Source: Bacteroidales bacterium
GTDB lineage: Bacteria; Bacteroidota; Bacteroidia; Bacteroidales; WCHB1-69
Length of the DNA stretch: 64,000 bases
Assembly: GCA_017650305.1 (NCBI GenBank)
Contig: JAGCFD010000052.1
Span: 21,096 to 85,095, forward strand
Direction of reading: 5' to 3'
Shown here: piece by piece, positions 62,579-64,000 of the stretch
Position numbering within the stretch: position 1 is the stretch's first letter
How the letters are laid out: each line of letters opens with the position of its first letter
Notes under the pieces: model-generated
What the model saw: only the letters and a program-made list of their open reading frames with translations
Database searches by the model: none
Told to the model about the DNA's origin: nothing
Program-made: the position numbers and the translations under genes

Positions 62579-63636
62579 CTGAACTTGTAGCAACGAAGGA
62601 CGGGCTGGTCGAGGGTGGGGTGCAGGTGCATGGCCCCGCCGAGGCATTGTCGGAAGTCTTTACATTTGGCACAGGGCCCGCAGCGCATCCACTCGCGGTT
62701 GCGCATCACCTGGAATTTGTTATCCCACACCTCCATCAAGTCGTCCTGATAGATATTGCCCTGCACAAAGGAACGGTTGATGTTGGGGCAGGCGGAGATG
62801 CTCCCGTCAATCAGGACGGAGCCGATGTTGATGCCGGCGCGGCAGAAGAAATAGCTGTCGCGGATGCTCTCCTCGTATTTCCCCGTATAGGCTTCGCAGC
62901 TGAAGGTGATGTTGATGCGCCCCTCTTGGCGAGTCTGGGCGATGAACTGCAGCATCTCTTCCAGTTGTGAACGTGACAGTTGCAGTGTGTCGTTGCTGGC
63001 GGCCCTGCCGATGGGGGCAATGGTGAAGAGTCGCCAATAGCGGATGCCGTTAGCGATGAGCTCCTCTTTGAGTCGTGACAATTCGCCGATATTGCGTTGG
63101 TGTACGCAGGTGACCACGTCATAGCTGAGCCCGCGTGTGTGCGCGATGAGACGGAGGGCGTTCATGGCCCGCCGGTAACTCTCCGGATGGCCGCGCAGCC
63201 AGTTGTGGGTCTCCTCCAGACCGTCCAGACTCACGGTCACCGAGGACAGTCCTGCGGCGACGAGCTCTTGATGACGCGCGGTGTCGTACAACATGCCGTT
63301 GGTGACGATGCCCCAGCGGAAACCGTGCTCGCGCAGCTTCTTGCCACAATCAGCCAGATCCCTACGCAACAAAGGTTCCCCGCCGGTGATGGCGATGATG
63401 ACGGTATCGCGGGGATAGCGTTTCTCCAATGGCGCAATGGCATGGAGGAAGTCTTCAAAGGGCATGTCTGGCACATGGGCCTCCGACTGGCAGTCAGAAC
63501 CGCAATGCCGGCAGGAAAGATTGCATCGCCAGGTGCACTCCCAAAAGAGGTAGTTGAGCTCGCGGATGGCGGTCTCATTTTTCCTGAATATCCGGAAAAG
63601 CCAACGTTTGAAAGGAGATCTCTTAGGAGTCTTCAT
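62575..63636 (-). CDS. radical SAM/SPASM domain protein
   Basis: 353 aa. CNLSCRHCG (CX3CX2C) and C-terminal Cys clusters (..SACPN.. CGPCAKCKDFRQCLGG). Confidence 0.85.
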   Translation of the reverse strand: MKTPKRSPFKRWLFRIFRKNETAIRELNYLFWECTWRCNLSCRHCGSDCQSEAHVPDMPFEDFLHAIAPLEKRYPRDTVIIAITGGEPLLRRDLADCGKKLREHGFRWGIVTNGMLYDTARHQELVAAGLSSVTVSLDGLEETHNWLRGHPESYRRAMNALRLIAHTRGLSYDVVTCVHQRNIGELSRLKEELIANGIRYWRLFTIAPIGRAASNDTLQLSRSQLEEMLQFIAQTRQEGRINITFSCEAYTGKYEESIRDSYFFCRAGINIGSVLIDGSISACPNINRSFVQGNIYQDDLMEVWDNKFQVMRNREWMRCGPCAKCKDFRQCLGGAMHLHPTLDQPVLRCYKFS

Positions 63637-64000
63637 GGATTCGTTGTACTTTCAACTCCATACCCTGTAACTGTTCGGCAGAAATGGTGGTGTCCAGTCT
63701 CTCGTATAAGCCGTTTACAGTGCTGTCTATGTCTATGACATCCACACGATACTCAACTGGGGAATACTCCTGGAACTCTCCAGCAAAGTAGCCTTCGTGG
63801 TCGGTAGTGTCAATGGGGTGCATCCATAAATTGACCTGAAGACCTTCCACTGGCTCGCCGGTTTCAGCATCAAGCACTTGGCCTCTGGGCTGAAGGAGGA
63901 TGCCTGGTGGCATTCCATAGCAGGCTTGGAAGGTGAACATGAGGGCGGTGGCGGAGAAGGTGCCGAACAGGGCTCTCAGGATACGTTGTTTCTTGTTGCG
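63623..64000 (-). CDS. putative lipoprotein partner of the radical SAM enzyme (5' end outside window)
   Basis: The reading frame stays open to the window edge. The translation ..KKQRILRALFGTFSATALMFTFQACYG.. shows a signal peptide with a lipobox upstream of the track Met. 14-nt overlap with the radical SAM gene. Confidence 0.6.
   Translation of the reverse strand, partial: RNKKQRILRALFGTFSATALMFTFQACYGMPPGILLQPRGQVLDAETGEPVEGLQVNLWMHPIDTTDHEGYFAGEFQEYSPVEYRVDVIDIDSTVNGLYERLDTTISAEQLQGMELKVQRIHEDS

Overview
This 64-kb window looks like a chromosomal segment of a Bacteroidota (Bacteroidales-like) genome. The evidence is that almost every operon is preceded by a match to the Bacteroides -7 promoter box TAnnTTTG about 13-100 nt upstream of the ATG, T9SS sorting domains and a FISUMP domain are present, and there are no Shine-Dalgarno sites. 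I saw no transposase, integrase, CRISPR array or rRNA.

Gene content, left to right:
- Housekeeping genes: prfB 3' end, prs, thiL, ispG and a PatB/MalY-type lyase.
- A tightly packed 10-gene minus-strand string: HlyD, 2 ABC ATPases, 2 ABC-2 permeases, a small beta-barrel protein, an ATP-grasp enzyme, an L,D-transpeptidase and a RecD-like helicase.
- tRNA-Gly(GCC) and tRNA-Leu(TAA) with terminators.
- A nucleoside deaminase, a stand-alone LytTR protein and a large T9SS type-B adhesin.
- A 13.8-kb aryl-polyene/flexirubin-like type II PKS cluster (20.5-34.3 kb): O-methyltransferase, 2 ACPs, 2 KS plus truncated KS-like partners, 2 hotdog dehydratases, an LpxL-like acyltransferase, a LolA-like protein, a GT2, an MMPL::PlsC fusion and a CrtI-like oxidoreductase.
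- Apparent satellites of that cluster: a PaaK-like ligase (38.8 kb), a tyrosine/histidine ammonia-lyase plus a FabG-type reductase (50.6-52.9 kb) and another KS (55.9 kb).
- Between the satellites: a porin-pstSCAB operon with Pho-box-like repeats, cysD-cysN-cysH (Fe-S APS-reductase type) and a FISUMP protein.
- A membrane-tethered ECF sigma operon, then aroE, dedA and a TPR protein.
- A DRTGG / anti-sigma-kinase / [FeFe]-hydrogenase-like trio with sensory-type features.
- A radical SAM/SPASM enzyme paired with a lipoprotein.

Two signals are not explained by standard annotation:
1. A family of strict 7-nt-period tandem arrays that carry stop codons (NAGTTAG / GGCTAAC / TTAATAG variants). They fill at least 10 intergenic spacers and supply the stop codons, and in two cases adjoin the start codons, of flanking genes.
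2. A roughly 340-bp GC-rich, helix-rich, non-coding island at 53.2-53.5 kb that I could not assign to any RNA family.

All functional calls come from motif recognition by eye. No database search was run.
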